Shown here: piece after piece, positions 9,199 to 20,434 of the stretch | Numbering within the stretch: position 1 is the first letter of the stretch | How the letters are laid out: the number at the start of each line of letters is the position of its first letter | DNA from: an uncultured Nitrospinaceae bacterium | Lineage (GTDB): Bacteria; UBA8248 | Assembly: GCA_964005815.1 (NCBI GenBank) | Contig: CAXFSR010000036.1 | Span: forward strand, 1 to 64,000 | Direction of reading: 5' to 3' | DNA length: 64,000 nucleotides | Position numbers and translations under genes: made by a program | Notes under the pieces: generated by a model | Told to the model about the DNA's origin: nothing | The model's input: only the letters and a program-made list of their open reading frames with translations | Database searches by the model: none

Positions 9199-10620
9199 TT
9201 ATCCCTTAACATTTAATTCGTACTTCAATTTTTCTTTTAGCAATGTTCCTAGTTTCCATATATCTCCAGCACCCAAGGTAACAAATAAATCATTTGCTCT
9301 CAGCGTATTTAAAAGTTTTTCTATTCCATCAGTAGAGTTTTCAACTTCAAAACAATTATTCTTGCCATGTGCACGAATTCCTTCAAGTAATTTAGACGAA
9401 TTTACGCCTTCAATAGGCATCTCTCCTGCAGAATAAATAGGAGCCACAAAAAGAATATCTGCATCATTAAAGGAGGAAAAAAAAGATTTCATTAAATGGT
9501 GTGTGCGTGAAAATCTGTGTGGTTGAAAAACAACAACGATTCTTCTATCCGGACAAGACTCTTTTAATGCTTTAAGCGTAGCTTTAATCTCTTCGGGATG
9601 ATGACCATAATCATCATATAGCAAGATATCAGATACTTCTCCTATAAGATCCATCCTTCTACTAATACCTTGAAATTCTTCTAATCCCAATTTCACTGAA
9701 TCAAAAGGTATATTTATCTCCATAGCTAAAGCAATAGCACCTAAAGCGTTTAATGCATTATGCATGCCGGGCATAGGCACCTGAATTTCTCCTAGCTTTT
9801 TTCCAAAACGACAAACATCGAAAAAACTCTTTCCCCCAATATAACGAAAATTTTTCCCTTGATAGTCAGAAGTAATATCAAATCCATAAGTGAAAAATCT
9901 TTTTTCAATTTTGGGAATGATTTCTCTAATAGCAGGATTGTCATTACAAAGTACAGAAAAACCATAAAAAGGAATCTTATTTACAAATTCAAGAAAAGCA
10001 TCCTTTATACTCTGGTAATCTTCATAAAAATCAAGATGTTCTTCGTCAATATTAGTAACGAGACCAACTGTTGGAGAAAGATCAAGAAAGGTCCCATCAC
10101 TTTCATCCGCTTCTGCAACAAGAAAATCTCCTGCTCCTAATCTTGCATTGGAACCAAAGGCATTTAATCTTCCTCCAATAACAAAAGTTGGATCAAGTGA
10201 ATCCTTGTATAAAATCGAAGCAACTAATGATGTAGTGGTAGTTTTTCCATGTGAACCAGCAATCGCAATACTGTATTTCATTCTCATTAGTTCGCTTAGC
10301 ATTTCAGCTCTTGGTATAGCAGGAATCTTTTGCTTTCTCGCTTCAACTAATTCTTCATTATCAGGCTTAATAGCAGAACTATAAACTACAACGTTCGCAC
10401 TCGTAACATTTTCCTTGTTATGTCCTTCAGTAAACTTAACACCTAATTCTTCTAAGCGAATTATCGCATCATTAATTGCAATATCAGACCCACTGACTGA
10501 ATAATCTAGATTGATTAATAATTCTGCAATTCCACACATCCCTGTTCCTCCTATTCCGACAAAATGAATTTTGATGGAATGAAGAAACTTGGTGCTATTA
10601 GCATTCTTGACATTAATCAT
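9199..10620 (-). CDS. murC: UDP-N-acetylmuramate--L-alanine ligase
   Basis: HFVGIGGTGM, AGSHGKTTT, EADESDG, DDYGHHP, FQPHRFSRT. ATG 10620 follows a GGGGA SD (the ORF track extends to 10635). Confidence 0.96.
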   Translation of the reverse strand: MINVKNANSTKFLHSIKIHFVGIGGTGMCGIAELLINLDYSVSGSDIAINDAIIRLEELGVKFTEGHNKENVTSANVVVYSSAIKPDNEELVEARKQKIPAIPRAEMLSELMRMKYSIAIAGSHGKTTTTSLVASILYKDSLDPTFVIGGRLNAFGSNARLGAGDFLVAEADESDGTFLDLSPTVGLVTNIDEEHLDFYEDYQSIKDAFLEFVNKIPFYGFSVLCNDNPAIREIIPKIEKRFFTYGFDITSDYQGKNFRYIGGKSFFDVCRFGKKLGEIQVPMPGMHNALNALGAIALAMEINIPFDSVKLGLEEFQGISRRMDLIGEVSDILLYDDYGHHPEEIKATLKALKESCPDRRIVVVFQPHRFSRTHHLMKSFFSSFNDADILFVAPIYSAGEMPIEGVNSSKLLEGIRAHGKNNCFEVENSTDGIEKLLNTLRANDLFVTLGAGDIWKLGTLLKEKLKYELNVKG

Positions 10621-10635
10621 TAAATCCCCTACCAA

Positions 10636-11718
10636 CTAATAGACAACAACTTCTTTACATATTTTTGCTACTGAGAACCTACTACAAGAGTCGTTAAATT
10701 CTTCAGCCTTAATAGACATCTCCTGCAAAGCCTTTCTATCATCAACGAATTTAGAAAGAATTGAAAAAAGTACTTCAGGCTCAAAATCTTCCTGTCTCAC
10801 TAAAATTCCAGCTCCTTTATCCGATAGGAATTTGGCATTTTCTTCTTGATGGCTATGTGTCGACTCAGGGAAAGGAACTAAAAGCGCTGGTAAGCCCATA
10901 GCAGTAATCTCTGCAATTGTAACTGCCCCTGACCTTGCTATAACAAAGTGCGCCCACCTATATTTATCAACAATATCAAACAGAAAACTCTTAACATCAG
11001 AATCCATATTTTCTTTCTCGTATGCACGAGAAACCCAGTCAATGTCCCTATCTCCCGTCTGATGAACAAATTTCAATTCTGCACGCAACGAATGAAGTAG
11101 AGGCAAAGTTCTAACTACGATATCATTAATTGCAGTAGCTCCTTGACTACCACCAAATACTAAAATCTTTAATGGACCTTGCCAAAACGAATTTTCTCTA
11201 TTAAACCCAGAATCAAATTCAGGCCTTAGAGGGAGACCACTATCAATTATCTTTTTCTTTCGAAAGAAATTCTTCTTCAATGGCATTCCTAATGCAATCT
11301 TAGACGCAAATGGAGATAAAATTCTATTAGCAACACCAGGCACTGCATTTTGCTCAATTAAAACGATTGGTTTTCTCCTTAACCATGCTGCAATTATTGG
11401 AGAAACACTTGCGTAACCACCTACTCCTAAAACTACATGGGGATTAAAAGTTTTGATAATTTCTAAAGACTGAAACAGACCACTAATTAATTGAAAGATT
11501 GACAGAATTTTCTTTCCTATCCTAACCCCAACAAATCCAGATGCTTTTATACTCTTTATCGGAAGTCCTTCACGTTCAAGAATTTTAGCAAGCAATCCTT
11601 TTTTTGGTCCCACAAACAAAACTTCATTATTTGAGGAATCTGCTAACCAGGTTCGAGCTACGGCAACACCAGGATATACATGGCCACCTGTTCCACCGCC
11701 TGCTATCATTAATCTCAA
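10636..11718 (-). CDS. murG: Undecaprenyl-PP-MurNAc-pentapeptide GlcNAc transferase
   Basis: GGGTGGHVYP, GGYAS, EQNAVPGVAN, GGSQGA, RSGA, HQEENA. Confidence 0.97.
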   Translation of the reverse strand: MRLMIAGGGTGGHVYPGVAVARTWLADSSNNEVLFVGPKKGLLAKILEREGLPIKSIKASGFVGVRIGKKILSIFQLISGLFQSLEIIKTFNPHVVLGVGGYASVSPIIAAWLRRKPIVLIEQNAVPGVANRILSPFASKIALGMPLKKNFFRKKKIIDSGLPLRPEFDSGFNRENSFWQGPLKILVFGGSQGATAINDIVVRTLPLLHSLRAELKFVHQTGDRDIDWVSRAYEKENMDSDVKSFLFDIVDKYRWAHFVIARSGAVTIAEITAMGLPALLVPFPESTHSHQEENAKFLSDKGAGILVRQEDFEPEVLFSILSKFVDDRKALQEMSIKAEEFNDSCSRFSVAKICKEVVVY

Positions 11719-12902
11719 TTTTGTCCCCTTAAATTTCTCATTCTAATCTTTTTAAAATTTTTGACTCGTTGAACTCTTTTCGACTTTCCGAATGATTCAT
11801 AATCAGATTTTAAAGAATTTTTTGCGCTAATATTCATTAAAATTCCAATTGAAGAATGCGTAATTAAAAGGGATGAACCGCCTAAACTAATCATAGGAAG
11901 GGGTATCCCTGTAGTAGGCACTAAACCAGTTGCTACTGACATATTTAAAAGACCTTGAACTGAAATTAAGAGCGTAGTTCCAAATGCAAGGAGAGACTGA
12001 AAATTACTTGAACAGTTATAGGCAATTTTGAATCCACGAAGAAGAATAAGAGAAAAGAGTAATAAAACCAGGAAACATCCTATTAAACCTAGTTCTTCGC
12101 CAAGCACTGAAAAAACGAAATCCGTGTGTGGTTCTGGAAGATAAAAGAGTTTTTGTTTGCTATCACCGATACCCAAACCTGTAATCCCACCACGGGCGAT
12201 AGCTAAAAGAGACTGGATAAGTTGATAACCCATCCCAAGCGGATCTGAAAAAGGATCCATAAAAGCAAGTACGCGCTTAAAACGCCAAGGAACCAGAAAA
12301 ACCATTAAAGAACATAAAAAAACAGTACAAAACGTATAAGCAATTACATAATAACATTTAATCTCAGCTAAATACAATAAGATTCCAGCAACAATTAAAA
12401 TGAGAAGTACGGTTCCTAGATCCGGTTGGAAAAGTATAAAACCAACCGTAACGCCAACTACTATTATAAAATGAAGAAAAATAGTACTGGGTTCATTTGT
12501 GATTCTTTTCTTTTCACTGAGTAGATTTGCTAAATGAAAGATAAGTATAAGCTTTGAGAACTCAGCCGGCTGAAAAGTAAAAGCGCCAACTCCTATCCAT
12601 CTAGTCGCACCTCCGACAGTTCGACCAAAACCAGGAAGGAAAATTAGAGCTAAAAAAATCCACATCAAACAAATCAAGGGAAAAGATACTTTTCTAAATC
12701 TATCTATTTCAAGCATAAAGAATAAGAACATAGATAAAAATCCACAAAGCATCCATAATCCATGTCGTTTAATAAAATAATAAGAATCTCCATAATCTTC
12801 GTATGCCAGAATATTGCTTGCACTAAAAATCATGACGAAACCAATAGCATTAAGAAATAATACTGAATAAAGAATCGTTTTATCTATATTTTTTCTTTTC
12901 AT
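11715..12902 (-). CDS. ftsW: SEDS peptidoglycan polymerase FtsW
   Basis: Multiple TM helices; GATRWI, QPAEFSK, QPDLG, YLPEPHTDFVF, GIPLPMISLGGSS. Confidence 0.96.
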   Translation of the reverse strand: MKRKNIDKTILYSVLFLNAIGFVMIFSASNILAYEDYGDSYYFIKRHGLWMLCGFLSMFLFFMLEIDRFRKVSFPLICLMWIFLALIFLPGFGRTVGGATRWIGVGAFTFQPAEFSKLILIFHLANLLSEKKRITNEPSTIFLHFIIVVGVTVGFILFQPDLGTVLLILIVAGILLYLAEIKCYYVIAYTFCTVFLCSLMVFLVPWRFKRVLAFMDPFSDPLGMGYQLIQSLLAIARGGITGLGIGDSKQKLFYLPEPHTDFVFSVLGEELGLIGCFLVLLLFSLILLRGFKIAYNCSSNFQSLLAFGTTLLISVQGLLNMSVATGLVPTTGIPLPMISLGGSSLLITHSSIGILMNISAKNSLKSDYESFGKSKRVQRVKNFKKIRMRNLRGQN

Positions 12903-12905
12903 TAA

Positions 12906-14279
12906 TTAATTCTCATATCTTTCATTAACTAACTCTCGAAAAGTATTTCCTCGTTGAATATAATCATCGAATTGATCAAAACTTGAACAAGCAGGTGAAA
13001 ACAGAACAGTTTGTCCAGAAATTACTCTTTTTGAGATGGCCGAAACCGCATCTTCCAAGTTGAAAACTATTTCAGTTTCAACCTCATTCTGAAAAAATTC
13101 ATGAAACCTTTTCGCAGAATCTCCGATAAGAAATATCTTTATAACTTTAGATTTTATGGCAGGTAAGATGTATTCTAGATCACTGTTTTTATCGAAACCT
13201 CCAGCTATAAGAATCACATCGTCTTGAAGACTTAAAATACTCATTTTTGTGGAACCTACATTCGTAGCTTTAGAATCATTTATCCAAGTAATCCCATCTT
13301 TTTTTGAAACTATTTCCATACGATGCGGAAGACCTTTATAGTTTATTGCCGTTCTCTTCATTGCAATAATATCGGCCCCAAGAAAAGAACCTGCTGCACA
13401 AGCCCCTAAAAAGTTTTCTAGATTATGAAGACCTGGCAAATAGATCTCTGCAATATCACATACTTCTTGAATGTCATCATCTGCAATTATGTATACTTTG
13501 TCATTTTTGACAAAAGCACCGTTTTTTACTGCTTCTTTTCTACTAAAAGTAAGAGTTCGTTGTTCGCCTTCAAACTCAAGATGTCTAGTAATAGGATCAT
13601 CAAAATTTATTATTTTTACATCATCTTTTTTCTGATTACATAATAACTTTGCCTTAACTGAAAGATAATCTTCAATAGATTTGTGTCTGCCAATATGATC
13701 TTCTGTAACGTTTGTAATCATTGCAAGATAAGGACGGAGACTTGAGGAGAGCTCAAGCTGAAAACTACTGATCTCACTTAAAATAAAATCTAAATCATCA
13801 GTTTCATTCTCAACAACATCTATTAATGGCCTTCCAATATTTCCACCTACAGAAATTCGAAAACCACTATTTTCCAAAATTTCTGACAACATTGTTAATG
13901 TAGTTGTTTTACCATTAGTCCCTGTAATTGACACCAGAGGTATATTTGAAAGTCTCCAAGCAAATTCTATTTCGCTAACAACTTCTACTCCAGACGCGAA
14001 AGCAATTTGAACAAAATAATTATCTTCAGGAACTCCTGGACTAACAATAAGAAGATCACATTTCTGAAAAGTTTCTTTTTTATGACCTCCAAACTCAGTT
14101 CTTACATTGCTTAAAATATTGCTATTCAGATCATTTACGTTATGACTATCTGTAACAATTAATTCTCTACATTTTCCTATGAGGAAATTTGAAAGTGCAA
14201 TACCAGTCTTTCCCATTCCCATAACAACAACCGTCTTTGATTTCAACTTCTGCGAAAAATTAATATTTTCTAATCCCAT
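12906..14279 (-). CDS. murD: UDP-MurNAc-L-alanine--D-glutamate ligase
   Basis: VSPGVP, ITGTNGKTT, GGNIG, EISSFQL, HRME, NDSKATN, SPACSSFDQF. Confidence 0.97.
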   Translation of the reverse strand: MGLENINFSQKLKSKTVVVMGMGKTGIALSNFLIGKCRELIVTDSHNVNDLNSNILSNVRTEFGGHKKETFQKCDLLIVSPGVPEDNYFVQIAFASGVEVVSEIEFAWRLSNIPLVSITGTNGKTTTLTMLSEILENSGFRISVGGNIGRPLIDVVENETDDLDFILSEISSFQLELSSSLRPYLAMITNVTEDHIGRHKSIEDYLSVKAKLLCNQKKDDVKIINFDDPITRHLEFEGEQRTLTFSRKEAVKNGAFVKNDKVYIIADDDIQEVCDIAEIYLPGLHNLENFLGACAAGSFLGADIIAMKRTAINYKGLPHRMEIVSKKDGITWINDSKATNVGSTKMSILSLQDDVILIAGGFDKNSDLEYILPAIKSKVIKIFLIGDSAKRFHEFFQNEVETEIVFNLEDAVSAISKRVISGQTVLFSPACSSFDQFDDYIQRGNTFRELVNERYEN

Positions 14280-14283
14280 AACT

Positions 14284-15369
14284 CTATCTCAATTTAAGGG
14301 TAGCAACGCTTAAAAGCGCTAATATAAGAGCTACAATCCAAAAACGAATTGTAATCCTTGATTCGGGCCAATTCATTTCCTCAAAATGATGGTGTAGAGG
14401 AGCCATCCTGAAGACCCGTTTTCCTGTAATCTTGAAAGAAACAACTTGAATCAGGACAGATAAAACTTCTATTACAAATAGACCACATACAGAAAAAAGC
14501 AGAATTTCTTGTTTGATACTCAGAGCTATAACAGCCAAGATAGAACCTAGGGATAATGAACCTACGTCTCCCATAAAAATTTGTGCTGGATAGGCATTAA
14601 ACCAGAGAAAACCTAATCCAGCACCAAAAATAGTTCCACAAAGAATAGTTAACTCACCAGCACCTCTAACATGCTGGACTAGTAAATACTTAGAAATTTC
14701 TGAATGTCCGGCTACGTAACTGAAAATAAGATATGCTACTGCCGCAATTAACAATGGACCAATAGCCAATCCATCAAGACCATCAGTGAGATTAACTGCA
14801 TTACTAGTTGCTACAATTACAATCGCGGCATAGGGAATAAATAATATTCCAAGCTGAGGCAAAAAATCCTTAAAGAACGGGAACATAACTACCGTTTTAA
14901 ATTCTTTCGATACAAATCCTTTATAAAGCAGAAATCCTACTATCAGACCAATTACAAATTGGAAAAAAAACTTTTTCCCCGCAGTAAGACCTTTTCTGTT
15001 TTTCTTTACTACTTTTTTATAATCATCAAATAAACCCAATAAACCAAAAGTCACCAGAACAAAAAGTGAAAGAAGGACATACCTATTCGACAAATCGTTT
15101 AAAAGTAATGTTGAAATTAAGATAGATAGGAGGATAATAAATCCACCCATGGTCGGAGTGCCACGCTTAGAGAAATGAGACTGCGGTCCGTCTTCTCTAA
15201 TTTCTTCCCCTATTTGCCTTCGTTTCAAAAAACGAATAAAAGGAGGCGCTAGAAAAAACGAGAACAAAAAACCAAAAAAAACTGCAATAGCCGTTCTAAA
15301 AGTTATATATCTAAAAACGTTCAGAAATGCATAATCATTACTTAATAAAAGAAAAGATTTGTATAACAT
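14284..15369 (-). CDS. mraY: Phospho-MurNAc-pentapeptide transferase
   Basis: KRGTPTMGG, DDYKK, SNAVNLTDGLDGLA, FMGDVGSL, RMAPLHHHFE. Confidence 0.98.
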   Translation of the reverse strand: MLYKSFLLLSNDYAFLNVFRYITFRTAIAVFFGFLFSFFLAPPFIRFLKRRQIGEEIREDGPQSHFSKRGTPTMGGFIILLSILISTLLLNDLSNRYVLLSLFVLVTFGLLGLFDDYKKVVKKNRKGLTAGKKFFFQFVIGLIVGFLLYKGFVSKEFKTVVMFPFFKDFLPQLGILFIPYAAIVIVATSNAVNLTDGLDGLAIGPLLIAAVAYLIFSYVAGHSEISKYLLVQHVRGAGELTILCGTIFGAGLGFLWFNAYPAQIFMGDVGSLSLGSILAVIALSIKQEILLFSVCGLFVIEVLSVLIQVVSFKITGKRVFRMAPLHHHFEEMNWPESRITIRFWIVALILALLSVATLKLR

Positions 15370-16784
15370 TAATTTAATATCTCCTCTGAGAAACGTTCCA
15401 TACGACTAACACGAGAACCTTTTACTAAAACCCAGTCTCCTTTTGCAAAATTCTCATAAAACCAAGACAAGGCATCGTCAAGGAATTCAAAAGCTTTAAA
15501 ATTTACAAAATTAAAATCTTTCTTAATTTCCTCTGCTGCTTCGGTCATTAACAAGCCAACAAGGATAAAAACACAATTTTTTTTAGTACTCATTTTCAAA
15601 AGATTAAGAATTAAATCCTTGTGAAGTTCAGATTTAAGTTCTCCCAACTCACTCATATCTCCCAAGACAACAAATAATTTTGACTCTCTTTTCAATATTA
15701 TTGCGGTTTTAAATGAAGAAAGCATAGAATCAGGATTAGCGTTATAAGAATCGTCAATTAAAAACGAATTTTCATAATCAGGCATTGGCTTTATTTTCAT
15801 ACGCATTGGCAAACTTGATGAATCTCTCAAACCTCGGACTATTTCTTCCATAGACACACTCAAACAGGTAGCTACTGTAGCTGCAGCAACCGCATTTAAA
15901 ACGCTATGACAACCAAACTGCGGAATCCATGCCTCTCTTTTTTCACCATTATAAAAAAGGCTAAACTTTGTGCCATTTTCATAAGGAAAACAAACATCTT
16001 CGAAAAAGAGACTATTGCGATCCGAAGAACCAAACGTTTGAACTTGCAAACCTCTTTCTTGGGATTTCTGTTTGTAAAAAGAACCATAATCGTGATCACC
16101 AGAAAAAACCATAAAACCATTTTTCGATACTCTATGAATAATTTCCCCCTTTGCATCTCGAACAGATTCTAAAGTATGCAAATTCTCCAAGTGAGCTCGA
16201 GCAATATTTGTTATCACTCCAACGTGTGGAACTGCCATTTCTGCAAGACGTTCGATTTCTCCGAATCTATTCATCCCAATTTCGAAAACAGCTTTCTCAT
16301 GCTCTTTTGTAATATTCAAGAGTTGCAAAGGCAGACCAATCAAGTTGTTTAAATTTCCTTCAGTTTTTAAAGTTTTATTGTTCTGACTCAAAATCGAAAA
16401 CAACATTTCTTTGGTCGACGTTTTCCCGTTACTGCCAGTAACACAAACTACAGGAAGGTCGAATTTAAGACGGTGAAATTTAGCAAGATCTCCTAGCGCT
16501 TTAAGACAGTCATCAACATAAATAACGGCAATTTTAAATTCTTCTGAAGAACAATAATCATTACTCGTAATTAAAGCTTTTGCACCTTTTTGTTCTGCTT
16601 CTCTCAGGAAAAAATTTCCATCGAAATTTTCTCCTTTCAAAGCTATGAAAAGATCTCCTGGACTTATTTTTCTAGTATCCGTACATACTCCATAGACTTC
16701 AGTTAAACTCTCTCCCATCAAAATCTTTCCATCTATTGCGGAGACAATTTCTTCAACATTAAATATTGGACATTTTGAGTTCAA
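15369..16784 (-). CDS. murF: UDP-MurNAc-tripeptide--D-Ala-D-Ala ligase
   Basis: DTR, VTGSNGKTSTKE, NNLIGLP, EIGMN, DSYNANPDS, LGDMSELG, LVKGSR. Confidence 0.96.
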   Translation of the reverse strand: MNSKCPIFNVEEIVSAIDGKILMGESLTEVYGVCTDTRKISPGDLFIALKGENFDGNFFLREAEQKGAKALITSNDYCSSEEFKIAVIYVDDCLKALGDLAKFHRLKFDLPVVCVTGSNGKTSTKEMLFSILSQNNKTLKTEGNLNNLIGLPLQLLNITKEHEKAVFEIGMNRFGEIERLAEMAVPHVGVITNIARAHLENLHTLESVRDAKGEIIHRVSKNGFMVFSGDHDYGSFYKQKSQERGLQVQTFGSSDRNSLFFEDVCFPYENGTKFSLFYNGEKREAWIPQFGCHSVLNAVAAATVATCLSVSMEEIVRGLRDSSSLPMRMKIKPMPDYENSFLIDDSYNANPDSMLSSFKTAIILKRESKLFVVLGDMSELGELKSELHKDLILNLLKMSTKKNCVFILVGLLMTEAAEEIKKDFNFVNFKAFEFLDDALSWFYENFAKGDWVLVKGSRVSRMERFSEEILN

Positions 16785-18277
16785 GATGTATACCCCATGG
16801 AACTAAGCACAATACGTGCATGATTTCGATCATCAAAAGGAATCTTTTCATTACCCACCATCTGATATGTTTCATGTCCCTTCCCTGTTATTAAAATTGT
16901 GTCACCTTCCTTAGCAAAAGAAATAATGAACTTAATCGCTTCTTTTCTATCTACAATTGAAAAACATCTATCTTCGGAACCAGGAACTAATTTTGTGCCA
17001 TTATTGACTTCACGAATAATCTCTTCAGGAATTTCATTGCGGGGATTATCTGTGGTTATTACAACGATATCACTATGTTTTAAAGCTTCTGCACACATAA
17101 GTGGTCTTTTTGTCCGATCTCTATCTCCCCCACATCCCATTAAAGTCAAAATTCGACCTTGCGTGATAGGACGTGAAAATTGAATTACTCTAGATAAAGC
17201 ATCTTGAGTATGTGCATAATCTACGACTACCAAGAATGGCTGCCCCATTTTAATCTCCTCAAATCTTCCAGGGACAGACTCAAATTTCTTCATAGCTGTT
17301 GCTATTTCTTCGATAGATATCCCACTTGAGATCCCTGTCGCTGCAGCCCCAAGAATATTCATCAAATTATGTTCTCCAATCAAAGGGCATTGAATTTCTA
17401 TAGAATCATCAGGTAATTTTAAATCAAACTTTAAACCAGTATTTGTATTGCAGATATTTTCCGCACAAACGTCTGCCATCTTAGATAGACCATATGAAAA
17501 TTTATCAAGTTTGGACCGTTCATAAATCTGCTTTCCATATTTATCATCTATATTCACGATTATTTTTTTGGGATTACAATCGTTAAAAAGTTTCATTTTA
17601 CTGTTAAAATATGAATACATATCACCGTGAAAATCGAGATGATCTTGTGACAAATTCGTAAAAATTGCTGCATCAAAACTACATCCATGAACTCTGTCTA
17701 AGTCCAAACTGTGACTTGAAACCTCCATACAAACATCACTTATTCGATCTTTTACCATCATCCCAAAAAGGTTTTGCAAATCAGAGGATTCTGGTGTAGT
17801 TCTGTCATTGTCAATAATTTTTTCTCCAAACCGACAAAAAATTGTACCTAAAATTGCAGACTTTCTGCCGACACTATTTAAAATCCAGTCCAACAAAAAA
17901 ACTGTCGTTGTTTTTCCATTCGTACCTGTAACACCAAACAAATTGAATTTATTTGAAGGACGACCATAAAAAGTCGAACTAACTTCTGCTAACGCTCTTC
18001 TCCCCGATTCAACAACAAAACATGCGTCAAAACCCTCTAGACTAGGAATCATTCTTTCTAAAATGATTGTAGATGCACCTGAAGCAATTGCCTGCTTTAC
18101 ATATTTATGGCCATCTTCCTTTAACCCTTTAATTGCAACAAAAATATCTCCCGGCTTTACAGTCCTAGAATCGTAAGAAATTCCTGAGACATTGATATTT
18201 TTTTTACCAAAAAATTCTTTAAATGAAAGTTCATCAGATATATCTTCTAGATTCATATAGCTTGCTTCTCTTTTCAT
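16781..18277 (-). CDS. murE: UDP-MurNAc-L-Ala-D-Glu--meso-diaminopimelate ligase
   Basis: GVTGTNGKTT, TTPE, MEVSSH, DHLDFH, DYAHT, DNPR (meso-DAP specificity motif), GKGHE. Confidence 0.97.
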   Translation of the reverse strand: MKREASYMNLEDISDELSFKEFFGKKNINVSGISYDSRTVKPGDIFVAIKGLKEDGHKYVKQAIASGASTIILERMIPSLEGFDACFVVESGRRALAEVSSTFYGRPSNKFNLFGVTGTNGKTTTVFLLDWILNSVGRKSAILGTIFCRFGEKIIDNDRTTPESSDLQNLFGMMVKDRISDVCMEVSSHSLDLDRVHGCSFDAAIFTNLSQDHLDFHGDMYSYFNSKMKLFNDCNPKKIIVNIDDKYGKQIYERSKLDKFSYGLSKMADVCAENICNTNTGLKFDLKLPDDSIEIQCPLIGEHNLMNILGAAATGISSGISIEEIATAMKKFESVPGRFEEIKMGQPFLVVVDYAHTQDALSRVIQFSRPITQGRILTLMGCGGDRDRTKRPLMCAEALKHSDIVVITTDNPRNEIPEEIIREVNNGTKLVPGSEDRCFSIVDRKEAIKFIISFAKEGDTILITGKGHETYQMVGNEKIPFDDRNHARIVLSSMGYTS

Positions 18278-18305
18278 AATTAAAAAGTTCCATAAAAGAA
18301 ATTAC

Positions 18306-20069
18306 CTAAAATTCTTTCCTAAATTTTGTTTTCATAATCTTTGCATTATCAGGTGGAACTCGTAGGTATCTTAAAGTCCTTAGAACTACTCTTCTCCATA
18401 CTGGTGCAGCAATAGTACTGCCCCAAGATTCATTATTTAGATTTCCACCGTCAAAAATTATTATTAAAGCAATCTTCGGATTTTGGAGAGGAGCAAAACC
18501 TACAAATGACATAACAAAGTCCTTATCACTATAATTTTTTTGTCCTGCTATCATCTTCTGAGCTGTTCCAGTTTTTCCTCCGGTTTCATATGATTTTAAT
18601 CCTGCATTTTTCCCTGTTCCTCTAGAAACAACTTTTCCCATAATTCTTACAAGTTCGGTTGCAGTTTCTTCTGATACAACTCTTTTCCCATCACAAATAA
18701 TATTTTCTTTAATTTTTACCTCGAATTTTTTGATAGATCTAACAATTTTAGGACTGCACATTATCCCTTTATTTGCTAAAGCCGCCACAGGCATTAACAT
18801 TTGCAAAGGACTAACACCAATTTCCTGACCAATTGAGATAGAAGCTAAGGAGAGTTTTGACCATTTTGATGGAGTTCTCAAGATTCCAAAAGCTTCACTA
18901 GGAAAATCTACTCCTGTTCGATTCCCAAATCCAAAACGCCTAACAGTATCAAATAATTGTTTCGGACCTATTTTTTTTGCAATCTTATAAGTACCAATAT
19001 TAGAAGAATTAATTATTACGTCTTGCATAGATAATTTTCCAAATTTCTTATGATCTCTGAGTGTTTTTGAAGTTCCTTCAATTTTATGCTTTCCGTTCTC
19101 TGTATCGAATATTGCTTCTTTTTCCCCTCCATTCTCGAGGTACGCAACCGCAGTTATTATTTTAAAAGTTGACCCTGGCTCAAATATATCTTGAATGGCA
19201 GGTTCCCGCCAATTTTCTGGTTTTGATCGACTATAAACATTAGGATTAAATCTTGGGATTGATGCTAGTCCTATCACCGCTCCCGTTTTCACCTCAACCA
19301 TAATTCCTATTGCTTTTTTTGATTTAACTTTCCTAAATTGTCTTATTAGTTCTTCTTCTATAAAGTATTGAATATTCGGATCTATAGTTAAAGTTACATT
19401 AAATCCATCTCTTGTTTTATCAGCAAGCTTTTTATTACTATCAGACTTGAAATCAAAATTAATTCGGGAAGGATTGGAATTAATTCTTCTCCTCTTTGCA
19501 TCTCTTTGAATTAGTATTTTACGAGTTGAACCTTCTAAATATCTATTCATCGATTGCTCGACTCCGTATAGACCAACATTATCTACCCCCACAAAACCTA
19601 AAAGTGAAGATGCAATTTTTTTTCTTGGATAAAACCTTTTACTCTCTATCTCAAAATTCAATCCTGTTATTTTCAACTTTTTTATCTTTTCTTCTTGCTC
19701 AGGATTCAACTTTCTTCCGAGTAAAACATATTTATTTGTTCTTGATAATTTTTTTTGTAAAATTGACTCAGGCACTTGTAAGATTGGAGATAATTTTTCA
19801 GATGTAGGAAGTTTGTCTATTATTTTTGAGGTATCTGCATAGAGAGATGGGGATTTTAGGTTTATTGCTAAAATTTCTCCACTGCTGTCATAAATACTTC
19901 CTCTTCTAGCTCTTATAGTAATCGTTTTATCTAACTGCCTATTACCTAAGGATTCTAATTTTTCACGTTCAAAGAATTGAATCTTAACTAGTTTTATTCC
20001 TACTGATAAAAAACCTATAGAAACTAAGAATGTGCATACAATTAGTCTTCTTTTAAAAATACTTAGCAC
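18306..20069 (-). CDS. ftsI: Septal transpeptidase PBP3 (FtsI)
   Basis: N-terminal TM helix, RGSIYD, EPGSTFK (SxxK), SSN, GKTGTAQ; no PASTA domain. Confidence 0.95.
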   Translation of the reverse strand: MLSIFKRRLIVCTFLVSIGFLSVGIKLVKIQFFEREKLESLGNRQLDKTITIRARRGSIYDSSGEILAINLKSPSLYADTSKIIDKLPTSEKLSPILQVPESILQKKLSRTNKYVLLGRKLNPEQEEKIKKLKITGLNFEIESKRFYPRKKIASSLLGFVGVDNVGLYGVEQSMNRYLEGSTRKILIQRDAKRRRINSNPSRINFDFKSDSNKKLADKTRDGFNVTLTIDPNIQYFIEEELIRQFRKVKSKKAIGIMVEVKTGAVIGLASIPRFNPNVYSRSKPENWREPAIQDIFEPGSTFKIITAVAYLENGGEKEAIFDTENGKHKIEGTSKTLRDHKKFGKLSMQDVIINSSNIGTYKIAKKIGPKQLFDTVRRFGFGNRTGVDFPSEAFGILRTPSKWSKLSLASISIGQEIGVSPLQMLMPVAALANKGIMCSPKIVRSIKKFEVKIKENIICDGKRVVSEETATELVRIMGKVVSRGTGKNAGLKSYETGGKTGTAQKMIAGQKNYSDKDFVMSFVGFAPLQNPKIALIIIFDGGNLNNESWGSTIAAPVWRRVVLRTLRYLRVPPDNAKIMKTKFRKEF

Positions 20070-20103
20070 AAATTCTTTTCCTTAATAGGCGTTTTGATAT
20101 TTT

Positions 20104-20388
20104 TTAATTCTTGCTAATAATAACAAACAATATTTTCTCCATTTGAGGAAAAATCATTTTTAATTTTTCTCGTGAAATTTTTTCTATTCTCTTAAGATTA
20201 CTTAAACTTATTTTTTCTATCTCTAGCGCCTTACGTTCTTCGTCTAAAAAGTTTATTTTTTTTTCAAGTCTTGAAATCTCATATCCTACCTTAACAGTTT
20301 CAAGATGCGACCAAAGTAGCGTTGTGACTGCAATAGAGAATCCAAAGAAACACATTATCAAAAAAGCAAAACCTCTATTATTTTCCAC
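20104..20388 (-). CDS. ftsL: Cell division protein FtsL
   Basis: Small protein with TM helix plus coiled coil (GYEISRLE...RIEKISREKLKM), located between rsmH and ftsI. Confidence 0.85.
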   Translation of the reverse strand: MENNRGFAFLIMCFFGFSIAVTTLLWSHLETVKVGYEISRLEKKINFLDEERKALEIEKISLSNLKRIEKISREKLKMIFPQMEKILFVIISKN

Positions 20389-20434
20389 TTAAGACTCATA
20401 TATTATAAAATTCAAAACTAAACCTGAATTAACT